Assembly (NCBI RefSeq): GCF_000981445.1 | Contig: NC_027217.1 | Location: forward strand, 2,728,001-2,792,000 | Reading direction: 5' to 3' | Origin: Babesia bigemina | Taxonomy: Eukaryota | DNA length: 64,000 nucleotides | Shown: positions 23,232 to 34,171 of the stretch, piece by piece | Layout: the number at the start of each line of letters is the position of its first letter | How positions within the stretch are numbered: position 1 is the first letter of the stretch | Notes under the pieces: generated by a model | Seen by the model: only the letters and a program-made list of their open reading frames with translations | The model's database searches: none | Told to the model about the DNA's origin: nothing | Made by a program: the position numbers and the translations under genes

Positions 23232-26138
23232 TCAATGCTTCGTAAGCGCAGTCAGCAGCTCAGAAACCTCGGTGTGGTCGTTAACGTAGTACTTCGCCTT
23301 GCTCGGCTTCATACCCACGGTAACAGAAATGAAGCTCCGCGACTTATCGTCGGATGTCGGGGAGCCATCGCCCTTCTTCGACCATTGCGACATCGTCTCC
23401 AACGCCTTGAACGTGTCCTCGTCAGACCTGTGGTCGCCGATGCACAGCACGAAGTCCAAGTCGCCATGCAACGCCGAATAGCGCTTCGCAACGTTCAGCA
23501 GCGCGCTGCCTTTGCACACGCCCTTCAGACGCACCATCACGTTCCACTTGCACAGCTGAACCTCAACAGGATACTTGGACATCGCACACTTCAACACCGT
23601 GTACAGCTCACCGGACTGCGTGGCGCCGAACTCGGGGTCGGAGTGGTGGTACTGGAACACCACCACCGCGTCCATCACCTCGACGTAGCTCCCGGGCGTG
23701 CGGTGCGCGTACTGCTCCATTATCTGAACCACGAGCTCCTTCCACTCCTCGTTGAACGTCTCCAGCATGCAGCACCACTCGTTACCGGTGAGGCACGGCA
23801 CCTTGTAGTACAGACCGTACCCCGCGCACAGGCCCAGCTTCGGCTGATCGGGGAACCACAACTTCTCCATGCACTCGCGACCTCGCCCGCTTATCACCAC
23901 AATGATGTTCAGAGGGTCTTCGGCCAGCGTACGGATGCTCTTCACGTTGCACTCGAGCGGCGAAATGCCCATGCGGATGCTTCTCTCGCAGTCCTGGGGA
24001 GAGCGCGGAGGGGTGTCCCACAGACTAGCGGACAAAGTGCCCTCGCAATCCAAAAATATCAGACGACGACGCGCCGCATCGTAGCTGTTGAGCACATAAT
24101 CTATGCTCAGATGTTGGAAAGTATTGGCCACAGAATACGTCTTCAAGGTCTTGCCGAAGCCCCAGGTGAGGTGAAGCATGTCTTGGCGCTTGCGTGCGAA
24201 GAACAACTCACGAATGAATTGGTCGGCCCAACTTACAGTGTCGCTGCTCACGATGTACTCGAAGTCGCGGCGGCACACTTCCACGCGCTCCTCCGACTTG
24301 GACGACATCGCCGTGCGCATGGCGTCGACCACGCTCTCGATGTGCCACGGGTTCACGCGCATCGCAGACAGCAGCATCTTGCTGAAGCCCACGAACTCGC
24401 TCAATATGGCGCACGCGGGCTTGCCCTGGCGGCAGTAGATGTACTCCAACGCACGCATGTTGATACCGCCGCGAATCGACGCGTCCAGGAAGCAGTCCGC
24501 AGACACAAACAGCGCGTACTTGCGCTCAATGGAGACGTTGAATTCGAGCACCACGTGGGTACCGCCGAAATCCGCGTTAATGCTGTCCACGATGGACTGC
24601 AAACGCTCCGTAGTGTCACGCCGACACTCCCACAGAGTGTCCTTCGCGCACACGTACTGCACCAGCAGCGCCTTGTTGCGGGCAGAAGGACACTGCTCCA
24701 GGAACAGACGGAACGCCTTCAACTTCAAGTACAAACCGGACAGACGGATGTCACGGTCTAACGAGCCAAACACGAAACGGTCGGGCCACTGCTCGCGGAA
24801 AGATTCAACCAGCGCCGGAACGCCATTACGCTCCTCCAGCATGGTTGCCAGTAAGTCGGGCTGGATGTGACTATGGGACAGCAGGATCATCACCTCTCGA
24901 CCATTGTACTCAATGTCGAGCATGCCACCCGGCTTGGAACTGTGGTCCAAACCGAGCAAACGCTTGCAGCACGTCAAAAAGTGCCGGGCGTAGTCGTAAA
25001 ACTGGAAGCCAATCAGGTCGGCGCACAACATGCTGCGCAAAATAATCTCACGCACCGCAAGACATATGAACAGGCTGCACGGAGGAAACATGGCGTGCAT
25101 GAAAATACCAATATTGGCGCGCTTTATTCGGCGCGTGATGAAATGGGGAACCATCAGCAGCTTGTAATCGTGGATCCAGAAGAAGTCGCCTTCGGACGCG
25201 TTTATGGCAGCAGCGGTCGCATACTGGCGGTTCACGCTGACGTACGATTTCCACAGGTCCCAACGGAACTCGCGTTGCTTGTTCACATCCCACAGACCGA
25301 TGTTGTAAAACAGGTTCCACAGGTGCTCCTTACAGAACCTCAGTGACTCGTTCAGCTCGGCAGGCGGCACGAACACCGGGATGCAGTCGTGTTCGAGCAG
25401 CAGCATGCGTATCTCTTCCTTTTCATCGTCGGTGAAATGGTCACCGCCGGCGTCCTTGTCGGGCTCCCGACGCTCAGACGCAGGAGGGGGGTCCACGCCG
25501 TCACCGTCATCGCCAGCACTCTCAGGAGTTATCAAGCACGCGCCTATGAAACGCATCTTATTGCGGCAACGGTTACGCGTCTTCCACAGTGTGGTGGTCA
25601 GCGGAGTGTTCGACTGACGAATGGAAAACGAACCATCCGCGCCACGCTTTATCTGAATGGGAAGACGAGAAGTGACGAAGTACACTGTGAGGTTAGGGTC
25701 CACGTCGAGACCGCGCAAAGCCTCGATCACCTGCAGCGGATTCTTGCTGTCGATATTGTTCTCAACTGCCACCGGAGCACCCTGCTCATCACCCGAGGTG
25801 ATCAGTTTCGCGCACTGGTCGCGGTAGTAGCCGTCGTCATCCTCAACCAGCATCTCGTTGCCAGTGGGATTCACGAACCTCGCGGATTCCTCGTGCCACC
25901 TCAAGAACTCCCCCAAATCATTCAGCACGGCGTACCGGTATTCCCTCCGCTTGTTCAGCGGCAAGTGCGCAGGAGCGCGGGAATTCCACACATCGTCCAC
26001 AGTGGCGCTCTGAAGCAGCTCGTGGCACGCGCCAAAGTCCCAGTCGCCCAGAGCGCTGTGGTCGCCGACGACAACCAGACGCTGCCCGAATTCTAGCCCC
26101 GCACGGCAGCGGAAGTGGACGCCTGTGAAGAACACCAT
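23232..26138 (-). CDS. TPS: Trehalose-6-phosphate synthase/phosphatase-like protein with N-terminal CBM20 starch-binding domain
   Basis: Intronless 968 aa: CBM20 (FGQRLVVVGDHSALGDWD), GT20 domain (WIHDY, ADLIGFQ, ILSEFVG, VNPW) and HAD phosphatase-like domain (FLDCEGTL, ISGRG, CIGDHRSDED). Confidence 0.92.
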   Translation of the reverse strand: MVFFTGVHFRCRAGLEFGQRLVVVGDHSALGDWDFGACHELLQSATVDDVWNSRAPAHLPLNKRREYRYAVLNDLGEFLRWHEESARFVNPTGNEMLVEDDDGYYRDQCAKLITSGDEQGAPVAVENNIDSKNPLQVIEALRGLDVDPNLTVYFVTSRLPIQIKRGADGSFSIRQSNTPLTTTLWKTRNRCRNKMRFIGACLITPESAGDDGDGVDPPPASERREPDKDAGGDHFTDDEKEEIRMLLLEHDCIPVFVPPAELNESLRFCKEHLWNLFYNIGLWDVNKQREFRWDLWKSYVSVNRQYATAAAINASEGDFFWIHDYKLLMVPHFITRRIKRANIGIFMHAMFPPCSLFICLAVREIILRSMLCADLIGFQFYDYARHFLTCCKRLLGLDHSSKPGGMLDIEYNGREVMILLSHSHIQPDLLATMLEERNGVPALVESFREQWPDRFVFGSLDRDIRLSGLYLKLKAFRLFLEQCPSARNKALLVQYVCAKDTLWECRRDTTERLQSIVDSINADFGGTHVVLEFNVSIERKYALFVSADCFLDASIRGGINMRALEYIYCRQGKPACAILSEFVGFSKMLLSAMRVNPWHIESVVDAMRTAMSSKSEERVEVCRRDFEYIVSSDTVSWADQFIRELFFARKRQDMLHLTWGFGKTLKTYSVANTFQHLSIDYVLNSYDAARRRLIFLDCEGTLSASLWDTPPRSPQDCERSIRMGISPLECNVKSIRTLAEDPLNIIVVISGRGRECMEKLWFPDQPKLGLCAGYGLYYKVPCLTGNEWCCMLETFNEEWKELVVQIMEQYAHRTPGSYVEVMDAVVVFQYHHSDPEFGATQSGELYTVLKCAMSKYPVEVQLCKWNVMVRLKGVCKGSALLNVAKRYSALHGDLDFVLCIGDHRSDEDTFKALETMSQWSKKGDGSPTSDDKSRSFISVTVGMKPSKAKYYVNDHTEVSELLTALTKH

Positions 26139-26644
26139 AGTTGCCCACGCGGTGACGGCCGCTGTGAAACTAGCTCACAGATGGCTACCACCAATGGAGC
26201 AACTTTGACGGCTCCCCGTGAAGGCGGAGGACTCCGAGACGCGGAGAACTCAACAACGCGCAAATTAACGCGGCATCGAGGACTAGCTGACGTAGGTATC
26301 TACACTGCACATAATCAACTCGGGATGCGATACGCCAATCAAGCGGAGCACGGCCACGCCGGGGTGTATCTTAAAAAACTCGGCGGACAGTCAGCATACG
26401 CAACAGATGTGTAGAGGCGGATTTTGCGCCTCTAGAAAAACATGAAAAAATCTCAACATTAAAATAAACGGGACTCATTAAAACGACCGGCAGGCGGTTC
26501 AGAAGGCAGCGGAAGTTTACACAGTCGAACACAGCCGCCCGATCGCCGGTCCAATTCGCACACTCAACACACAGTCAACACAAAATGTTTATGTTTTACA
26601 TAACTTTTAAAAGCGGATGTGCTGACGCGGCTGAATTTGGCGCT

Positions 26645-29600
26645 TCACCTAGCACGCCCCTGGACCTTCTCGAACGAGTAACTAATCGATACGCGGTGTT
26701 TTACCAAACGCGCCCGGTAGCGGTACTCACGTCGAATCGCATACAGCAGCTTGCTGGTCGCGGACAACTCGGGTTGCGGTAAACGCTGCTCCTCCTTAAC
26801 GGGCTCGGGCGCCTTCTTCGCACCCTTGCGCTTGCCGCTTCGTTCCTGCACAGCTTTTTTCACCGGCTCAGCCGCCTTAGGCGGCGCCTTCCCACGTGCT
26901 ACACCTTTAGACTTTTTAGACGCCTTTTTAGAAGCCGGAGCCTTGGGCACAGCAGTGGGCGACACTATCGACATGAGAGTCCCCAGCAGCCCCTCCACGG
27001 TCAGTTTACTCGGGTCGGTGCTGCCGTCCAACGCTATGCCCAGACTAGGCAGCGCTTTGCTCAACGCGTCTCCCGCTGAAAACACATTAAGACGCATAAA
27101 ATCAACACCTCTGTAGCAGCACGGATGGCCGAGCGGTCAAAGGCGCCAGACTCAAGTTCTGGTGGGCGAGAGTCCTCGTGGGTTCAAATCCCACTTCGTG
27201 CAAACTTTTGCACTTCAAAGGAACGCAGCGCTCGTCATGTACACTCAACAGGGTTATGATATGGATACTTACGCTTGATATCCGTCGGTTTTCTTTCTGG
27301 GGTTACCGGAGTCGGCGTGGCCTCTGATGACGACACGGACTCTTCGACAGGCAGTGGCGTAGAGGGCGCAGCAGGCGTCTCTGCAGCGGGTTCCGCCGGC
27401 GGAGCTGGAGCTGCAGTAGTTTCCAGTTCGGCTTCAGGGGGCGGGGATGCAGCAGGTTCCGGAGCAGCAACCTCCGCGACGGGCAGCGGAGCGCAATGCG
27501 ATTGTACATCGCCGAATTTCAACGGAGCATCGCTATCACTAGGGTTCTGCGAATATTGCAATATTGCGTAGCACATCTCGTGCTGACGGTCCATTTCGGA
27601 CGCCGGAACCACCTGAATCTGCACAGGGTTGTAACCCTTGCGCAGCATGAGATCCTGCGCCACCAGCATCGCCTGCGATACAGTGAGTTCGATCAACCTA
27701 AAACACAACCTCGTGAAGCGGAGAAATGTCCATGTTGAAGGTCAGCAGAGAAAACAAGAACAGACACAGCGACTCGAAGTCGAGCTCCTCGTAACGAAGG
27801 CAGCAGTCCTCGAACAGGTTCAAGTAATACAGCTTAGACGAGTGCACGGATGCAGAGATCTCGCCGTACGAACGGGCGCCCATAGAAGGGTTCGCTGCAA
27901 AGGCCGACGACGAAGGGGAACCTGAGGCAATTTTGGAAGACCGCTGTGCAGAGGCCTTCGTGTTAGTCGCACCATCCGCACCTTTCGCGGAACTGGAGAA
28001 TGTTGACATCTCATCCAACACGTCGCAGTAGTAGCCGACGAGATGGTAGTTGTCAGACATCGTTTTCGCAAGCACGTTCTTCACGTAAAACTCCAAGCAG
28101 TGACTGATGTGCTCGCTGCGGGGAGCGTCCAGCTTCAGAAGCTCACCGTCACTCATAAGACGGTGCGCAAAAGCGTATGACGCGCCCGTGAGAATCAGGT
28201 TACGGTGCTCAATGAGGTGGAATTTCACCAACACGTGGTCAAGCACCTGGTTGAAGTGAGGGTAGTCCAGGCCCACGAAACCCAAGCCGCACACCAGCTG
28301 AACAGCATCCAGCGGCACGTTGTCGAACGATCTCGCCAGAACCGTCAGCAGCAACCGAGAAAAGTGGCTGCTGGACTCGAAGTTGAATTCCAACTTCACC
28401 AGCACGCACAGCAGACACAGCGCACAGGTCGCTGATAACGTCTCGACAGCCTCGGTCAAAATCATCAGCACCTTACGCAAAGGCAGCATATCCAGCGCCG
28501 AGGCGTTCTTGAAGCAAGACAGCAATAACACGAGCTCACTGCTGGCCAGGCTCGAAAGCACGTTCACCGTGTTGAAACCGCTGTTTACATGGCGAGCGAC
28601 GTAATCGCCGGACAACACGCCAGACGAGCTTCCGAAGTAAAACACGTGTATCAGGTCACTCGCGTCGGAGTAGTTCTTCAGGTACTCCTGGCAAAGAACG
28701 GCGCACAGGGGTCGTAAAAACTGCTCGGCCTTGAGGTAAAAGAGCACACGCAACAGCGACACGATGGTTATGTCGCTGATGGGAGGCATACCCTCCTCCG
28801 CATAGCTGAGGATGCGTTCACGGCGCTCTTTCAGCGTCGTCGGGTCGGCGGACTCGGATCCCAGAAAACACGGCAGCGACATGTACGCCCACAAACCGCC
28901 TCGGTTCAGCGGCTTGTCAACGAAGCTCTTCAGTATCGACGTCGACACCTGATTTAATGTTGTAGGGCAGGTCATGTGTTTACGGAACGCCAACGCCAAC
29001 CCGCTCGCCAGAACCTCAGCCTTCGTATTTACCTTGCCCGTAGGCGGCGCACCCCCTGTGTATTGAATTAAAGCGATGAATCCTGGGGGCGCAAAGAGGT
29101 ATATGGAAACGCATCTTTCAGATATAGCTCCACACAATCATTTCGCCTCACCGGCGATTGCAACGATCATCGGGATGTGGTTCGTCGCAGTCACAAACAA
29201 CATGGACGGGGCAGCAGGGCGAAACATATAAGCAGTTCCACCGACACTCACAAATAGACACTACGGGTAAGTACACGGCCACATGGTGGCTGATAAAATG
29301 CTCGAACAATTACCTTTAAGCGCCGAATCAAAGTTGTGTCTCACAACTTCGTACATCAGGCCCTTTTTCTCTAAACGTAGAACCAGCATGTGGCGACCCT
29401 CGGGTGCAGGCGACTCTTTTACCAAATCCACCAAGTTGCCGGGTATGTTCGGGCATGTTGTAAACGTGCAGCTCGAGAAAACGTCGTTTAGAAAACCCAC
29501 AAGAACCTGGTGCTACGCCGCAATTACAAAAATGCTCAAAACCACAAACCGTGTAAGTGCGCGGCAGCTTAGGCTGCGCCTTGCCTTTTGCGCCGCCGGA

Positions 29601-29687
29601 AGCATCGGATGCGGCAGTTGCGCTAGCAGTAGTTGCGGTGTTGCCGGTACCCGCGGAGCTAGTAGAACCGCGCTCGGCCGCTGCCAT
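26645..29687 (-). CDS. Large hypothetical protein (multi-exon; helical Leu-rich core, Pro/Ala/Lys-rich tail)
   Basis: Consecutive minus-strand ORFs joined by GT-AG introns, e.g. 27076-27272 joins in frame (TDIK-P-GDAL); no family recognised; exact termini uncertain. Confidence 0.6.
27119..27202 (+). tRNA. trnL-CAA: tRNA-Leu (anticodon CAA)
   Basis: Acceptor GCACGGA/TTCGTGC plus A, D arm with TGGCCGAGCGG, anticodon arm CCAGA-CTCAAGT-TCTGG, long variable arm, T arm GTGGG-TTCAAAT-CCCAC, followed by TTTT. Confidence 0.97.
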
Positions 29688-30936
29688 CGTGCAAGGGGGA
29701 CACAACGGTAAATAATTACGAAAATCACAAATACTACTGCATCCGACAGATCCTTAACGCTCTGTCGGTTCAAAGAGGATAACTATGTGAACGTCACCGC
29801 CGGGAATCTACTCGGATCTTTCAAAGCGGACACGGTAACACTGCCACATGATATCCACGAAAAATAATGAATAAGACGTTCCGATGTAGAGATACCATAA
29901 ATTGCCAAGCTCAGAAAACAGATAGCATCTATGTCTTTTTGCGAAGGCAAAGACAATAAAAATTCAAATAGAACCGAAATCTGGCAACGGTATCCAATAG
30001 TAACGAGGCGACTTAGGAATGCAAGAACGAAAATTCTTATCGATTAGATACAATGAACACTATAATGCGGTGTTGTAAGGTTAGAGCCGTTACTTAGGCA
30101 CCGTAACAGCGGCACTGCGACCCAAGTAGACGCCAAAGACGAGACGTCGTGGAGGCATCAGCAAAAACTCATGACCGTTGCCGCCGACATTGCGCAAAAC
30201 ACACATATATTATAGGTCTATCGTATAGCATATTCTGTGCTGATAATGATACCTAGGGAACACATTAGACAAGGAAGACACGTCGCCGCAACGACGCTGA
30301 AATGACATACAACACGACGACACATTTGACACTAACAATAAACACAAACTCTAACGGCATTTAGTGCTGTATATAGATTGTCGTGAGTGCGGACGATGGC
30401 GGTAGAGGGGAAACCGCGAGTCTCACGGCATACACATCACCAAAAAGGTAGACAAATAACATTGCGATTCGCTAGGGATAATATGCCCCGCAAAATAGCT
30501 AAATCGGTGTATGAATATGACTTGTGTGCCATTGAGGGTAATTGGTGAATGCGAGCGGTATCATACAGAATCACCGACCAACACCTACTACAAACACAAA
30601 CCGCATAAAAACATCCCACGCAGACAGTCACATTCCTGGGTATCCATAGGCACTCAGGGTTGTAGCTATATATTAAACGGCGAATTCGGCTGGTGGATGT
30701 TGTTTGTGCACTGGGCTGTGCGCGAGCTATAAAACGCATTCCTGGCGAACGTACACAAACCTGATGTGTAGCCTATTCGGTGCCCTACGATTGCTCATGC
30801 CTAGTAGAAATTTAGGATAACGCAGAGCATTGCTTTCAATCTCGCCCAGTACGCCGAGGAATCCGACAGTCGTACGACGCGGCAAGCGGAAGAACACAAT
30901 CATAGTGACTCACGCCATTCATGTAACATTGCGAAT

Positions 30937-32524
30937 ATGGTAGACACATTCGACAGTGTGAGAGTGCACTTGAAGATGTCAGTTGCCAACGACCGAGTCA
31001 AGGAAGACGCAAAAGCTCTTGGTGTGACGGCGGTGGTCCTGGCAGCAGGAAGCTGTGACAACCTGCTTCCACTGACAAACGCAACACCAAAGGCTCTAAT
31101 CAAAGTAGGGCATAGATCCCTCATATGCGGCACCATTGACAACCTCGTTGCAGCCGGAATATACACAATCCACATCATCGTCAGCGTAGACGACCAGAAG
31201 TGCATCGAAGACCACGTGCGGTCGGAGTTCGCAGCAGAGGGGACTTATGGGACGCGCAACGGCGGAAACGACAAACTTGATATATCGCTGCACCCCATAG
31301 TGGACAGAGATGAACTCATCTCAACAACAACCGACGTGCTCAGGTACGCATCGGAGCTGATGGAGACGGACTTTATGGTTGTTCCCTGCGACCTGTTCGG
31401 CACCTTAAACATTCGCGGCCTCGTGGAAAGCCATCTGTCAACCAAAAGACTATGCACGGTTGCGCTTCTCGAGGAGAAATCCAATCCGCAGGAGACCAAA
31501 AAAACCAAGCAGACGCCAGATGACCAAATCGCTCCAGGAGGAGACCCTGTGAAGGGATGGGGGTACAAATACAGGGTCATGGCCACCATGGACGCGGATA
31601 ACTCGCAATTGCTGGGAATAGCGGATCTGCTCACCATCAACAGCGGGGAGACCTACGCCGTTGACAAGTGGACTGCAAGGAGGCACCCAAGGTGCGTCAT
31701 TAGAAACGACCTATACGATGCGCACATATACGTGTTCTCGAAACATATACGCGCCATCGCTGAGCTTCCGTGCATGGAGCACACGTCCATCAGGGTAGGA
31801 CAGGTTTGAATCCTAGACACCGCCTGCAGCTCGACCTTATCCCGCACATTGTGAAGATGCAAGAGGTACCAGATGCCGCAACGTGGCCCTCTCGCGAAAC
31901 AACGAGCAACGGAACACAGGAGGAAAGGGTTTATGTCAAGGACATCGAGCAAAATGATGCCAGCGACGCCATGCGGGTCTTCCACTACATGGACATCGGG
32001 GACTCAACGAAGTGCGGCAGGGTCAACAGCCTGGAGGCGCTCATGAACGTTAACATGCAGAAGGCTGTCGAAGGCGCGCAAAAACAAGCTGGACAGGCGG
32101 CGCAGGCGGCCGGCGTGAAGGTGGGCTCTCATGCACACATCCTATCAAAACGCAGATGCGCGATGTCATTATCGCAACGGGATGCAACATAGGCGAGGGG
32201 ACGAATGCGAGGGGATGCGTTATGGGTACGTAAAGAACACGCTACGTGTCAGACGAAACTCAGGTGAAAACGTGACCATCGGCAAAAACTGCAAGCTCTC
32301 CAAGTGTGTCATCATGAACGACGTCACACTCCAGGATAACGTAAACCTAGACAGGTGTATCATCGGACAGGGCGCAACCGTGTCCACCAAAGCGACGGTA
32401 AGAAGAGCGTTCGCGATGTTATATAGACACGCAGCTGAAGCACGTAGTAGTCGCGCCTGACCACACCGTCCCGAACAACACACGCGTAGAACGCGACTTC
32501 CTGCCCTCGTTCATAGACCAATGA
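30937..32524 (+). CDS. EIF2B3: Translation initiation factor eIF2B gamma subunit (multi-exon)
   Basis: Nucleotidyltransferase-like start (AVVLAAG..NLLPLT...PKALIKVG), DFMVVPCDL, DLYDAHIYVF, RVNSL and a C-terminal left-handed beta-helix (VTIGKNCKLSKCVIM). Confidence 0.82.
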
Positions 32525-32727
32525 GGAAGCAAATCACCGCAACACATTAACACAGTTATTAATTGCGACGTGCGCGCGCATTGTCGCTCCTAGGAATCCA
32601 GCAATCGGTCACGCGCCGAGGAAGGCGTTGCCGCCGTGGGGGGTAGCATTGCGTACACTGCAACAAATTCAAGCCGAACCACGCTCAAGCATTTTCGAAA
32701 AACGGTTAATCCGCATACGATTCACAA

Positions 32728-33963
32728 ATGGCGGGCGGAGATTACGACGCCGAACCGCCGCGAAGGTACGCCTCGGACGGAAGAAGGGAATCCGACTCAC
32801 GGCACGAATACAGCAGGGATTCCCACCGCCATGACAGCAGGCGGGACCACCGCTCCAGGTATAGCCGCAGAAGCAGGTCGAGGAGCAGAGACAGGAGAAG
32901 CCCGCCGCGAAGAAGCTCACACCGCGATAGGTCCAGGTACTCGCGTGGCAGGGATGACAGGCCGCGGCGATACGATAGGCACGAGCCCGAAAGCAAGGAT
33001 GCTCATCAGGAAAGACATGAGGAAGATGCTGACGCATTGGCGCTGAACCCGAACTTGTCGCCCAGCCATGCCAGGTCCAGGGCAGCGGAGCGACGCAGGA
33101 GGAAGGCGCAGGCGGATTGCATCAGGCGTGCGGGAGGTTTCCAGAAGCTCGCCGACCAAGAAGGACACGAAACGGTGCGACTATTCTGGGACGGCTTCCA
33201 GTGGGTCGCAAAGACGGGGCAGGCCGCGCTCATGATGAACACCGACTCGGCGTACATGAACTCAACCAGGAAGTTGAGGAGGCTCTACTTCGGAAATTTG
33301 CCGTTGGCCTCGGGGCTAACGGAAAATGCATTCCAAAACATTGTATGGAATGAAATGAGGACGCGCAACTTCTGCAATGACCCCAACGTATCACCCGTAC
33401 TCTATGTCTGGTTCGCCAAGGACAAGGGCAACTACGGGTTCGTTGAGTTCGCCACGGTCGAAGAGACTGAGAGGGCGCTCACCATGGATGGCATGAACTG
33501 TATGGGAGCGCAGTTGCGTGTCTCGAGGCCCAACGATTACTCGACCTCCGGCGCCAAGCAGCCCATACCCGGGATGCAGACGCAAAACATTATACCTCCG
33601 GACGCGTTCAAGGGCAGCTGCCTTAAGGTAGCGCAGATAGTGCTGCCGGAAAGCGTGCAGAAGGAAATCGAATACTTGGACGTCCTCGACGACGTCAGGG
33701 AGGCATTCGAAAAACACGGGAAAATCAAAACCTGCGCCATAGTCACCCCCAGGCACAAGGACATCGCCCCCAACCTCAAGCCGGGAGACGTCATCGTCGA
33801 GTTCGTGGATCGCGAATCGCTGCTTGCCTGCGTACAAAACATGCAACATCGCAAATACGAAAAGAGGGAAATACAATTTGTCCCGATGGAAGACGAGGAC
33901 TACAAGCACGTGGCAGAGCCACTCATCCTGGATCTCGAGGCTCTGGAACGTGAGGCCGAGTGA
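32728..33963 (+). CDS. U2AF large-subunit-like splicing factor (RS domain, RRM, UHM-like domain)
   Basis: RS-rich N-terminus, RRLYFGNLP and NYGFVEF RNP motifs, LRVSRPNDY, C-terminal EYLDVLDDVREAFEKHGKI UHM-like region. Confidence 0.8.
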   Translation: MAGGDYDAEPPRRYASDGRRESDSRHEYSRDSHRHDSRRDHRSRYSRRSRSRSRDRRSPPRRSSHRDRSRYSRGRDDRPRRYDRHEPESKDAHQERHEEDADALALNPNLSPSHARSRAAERRRRKAQADCIRRAGGFQKLADQEGHETVRLFWDGFQWVAKTGQAALMMNTDSAYMNSTRKLRRLYFGNLPLASGLTENAFQNIVWNEMRTRNFCNDPNVSPVLYVWFAKDKGNYGFVEFATVEETERALTMDGMNCMGAQLRVSRPNDYSTSGAKQPIPGMQTQNIIPPDAFKGSCLKVAQIVLPESVQKEIEYLDVLDDVREAFEKHGKIKTCAIVTPRHKDIAPNLKPGDVIVEFVDRESLLACVQNMQHRKYEKREIQFVPMEDEDYKHVAEPLILDLEALEREAE

Positions 33964-34171
33964 TTTGGCAAAATCAACGCTCTACGGTGCCGTTAGGCAC
34001 TGTATGTGCTACGGCTGTCAGAAGACAATGCGCCGCCACGAGATAGTAACTTGTGCCATAATTAAGCTACGTGCCACAGTAAGCCATGCGCCATGCTTCG
34101 TTGGATTGATTAGTCGGGTTTGTGACAACCTTACATAGCGTATATTTTGCATTGGTGTTGCAGCCGCTACG

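Noticed and set aside
23235..24761. 508-aa plus-strand ORF, and similar ones at 7086-8258 and 8431-9360
   Set aside because: Antisense shadows of GC3-rich real genes (TPS, DUF676 hydrolase, GPI) with no motifs of their own.
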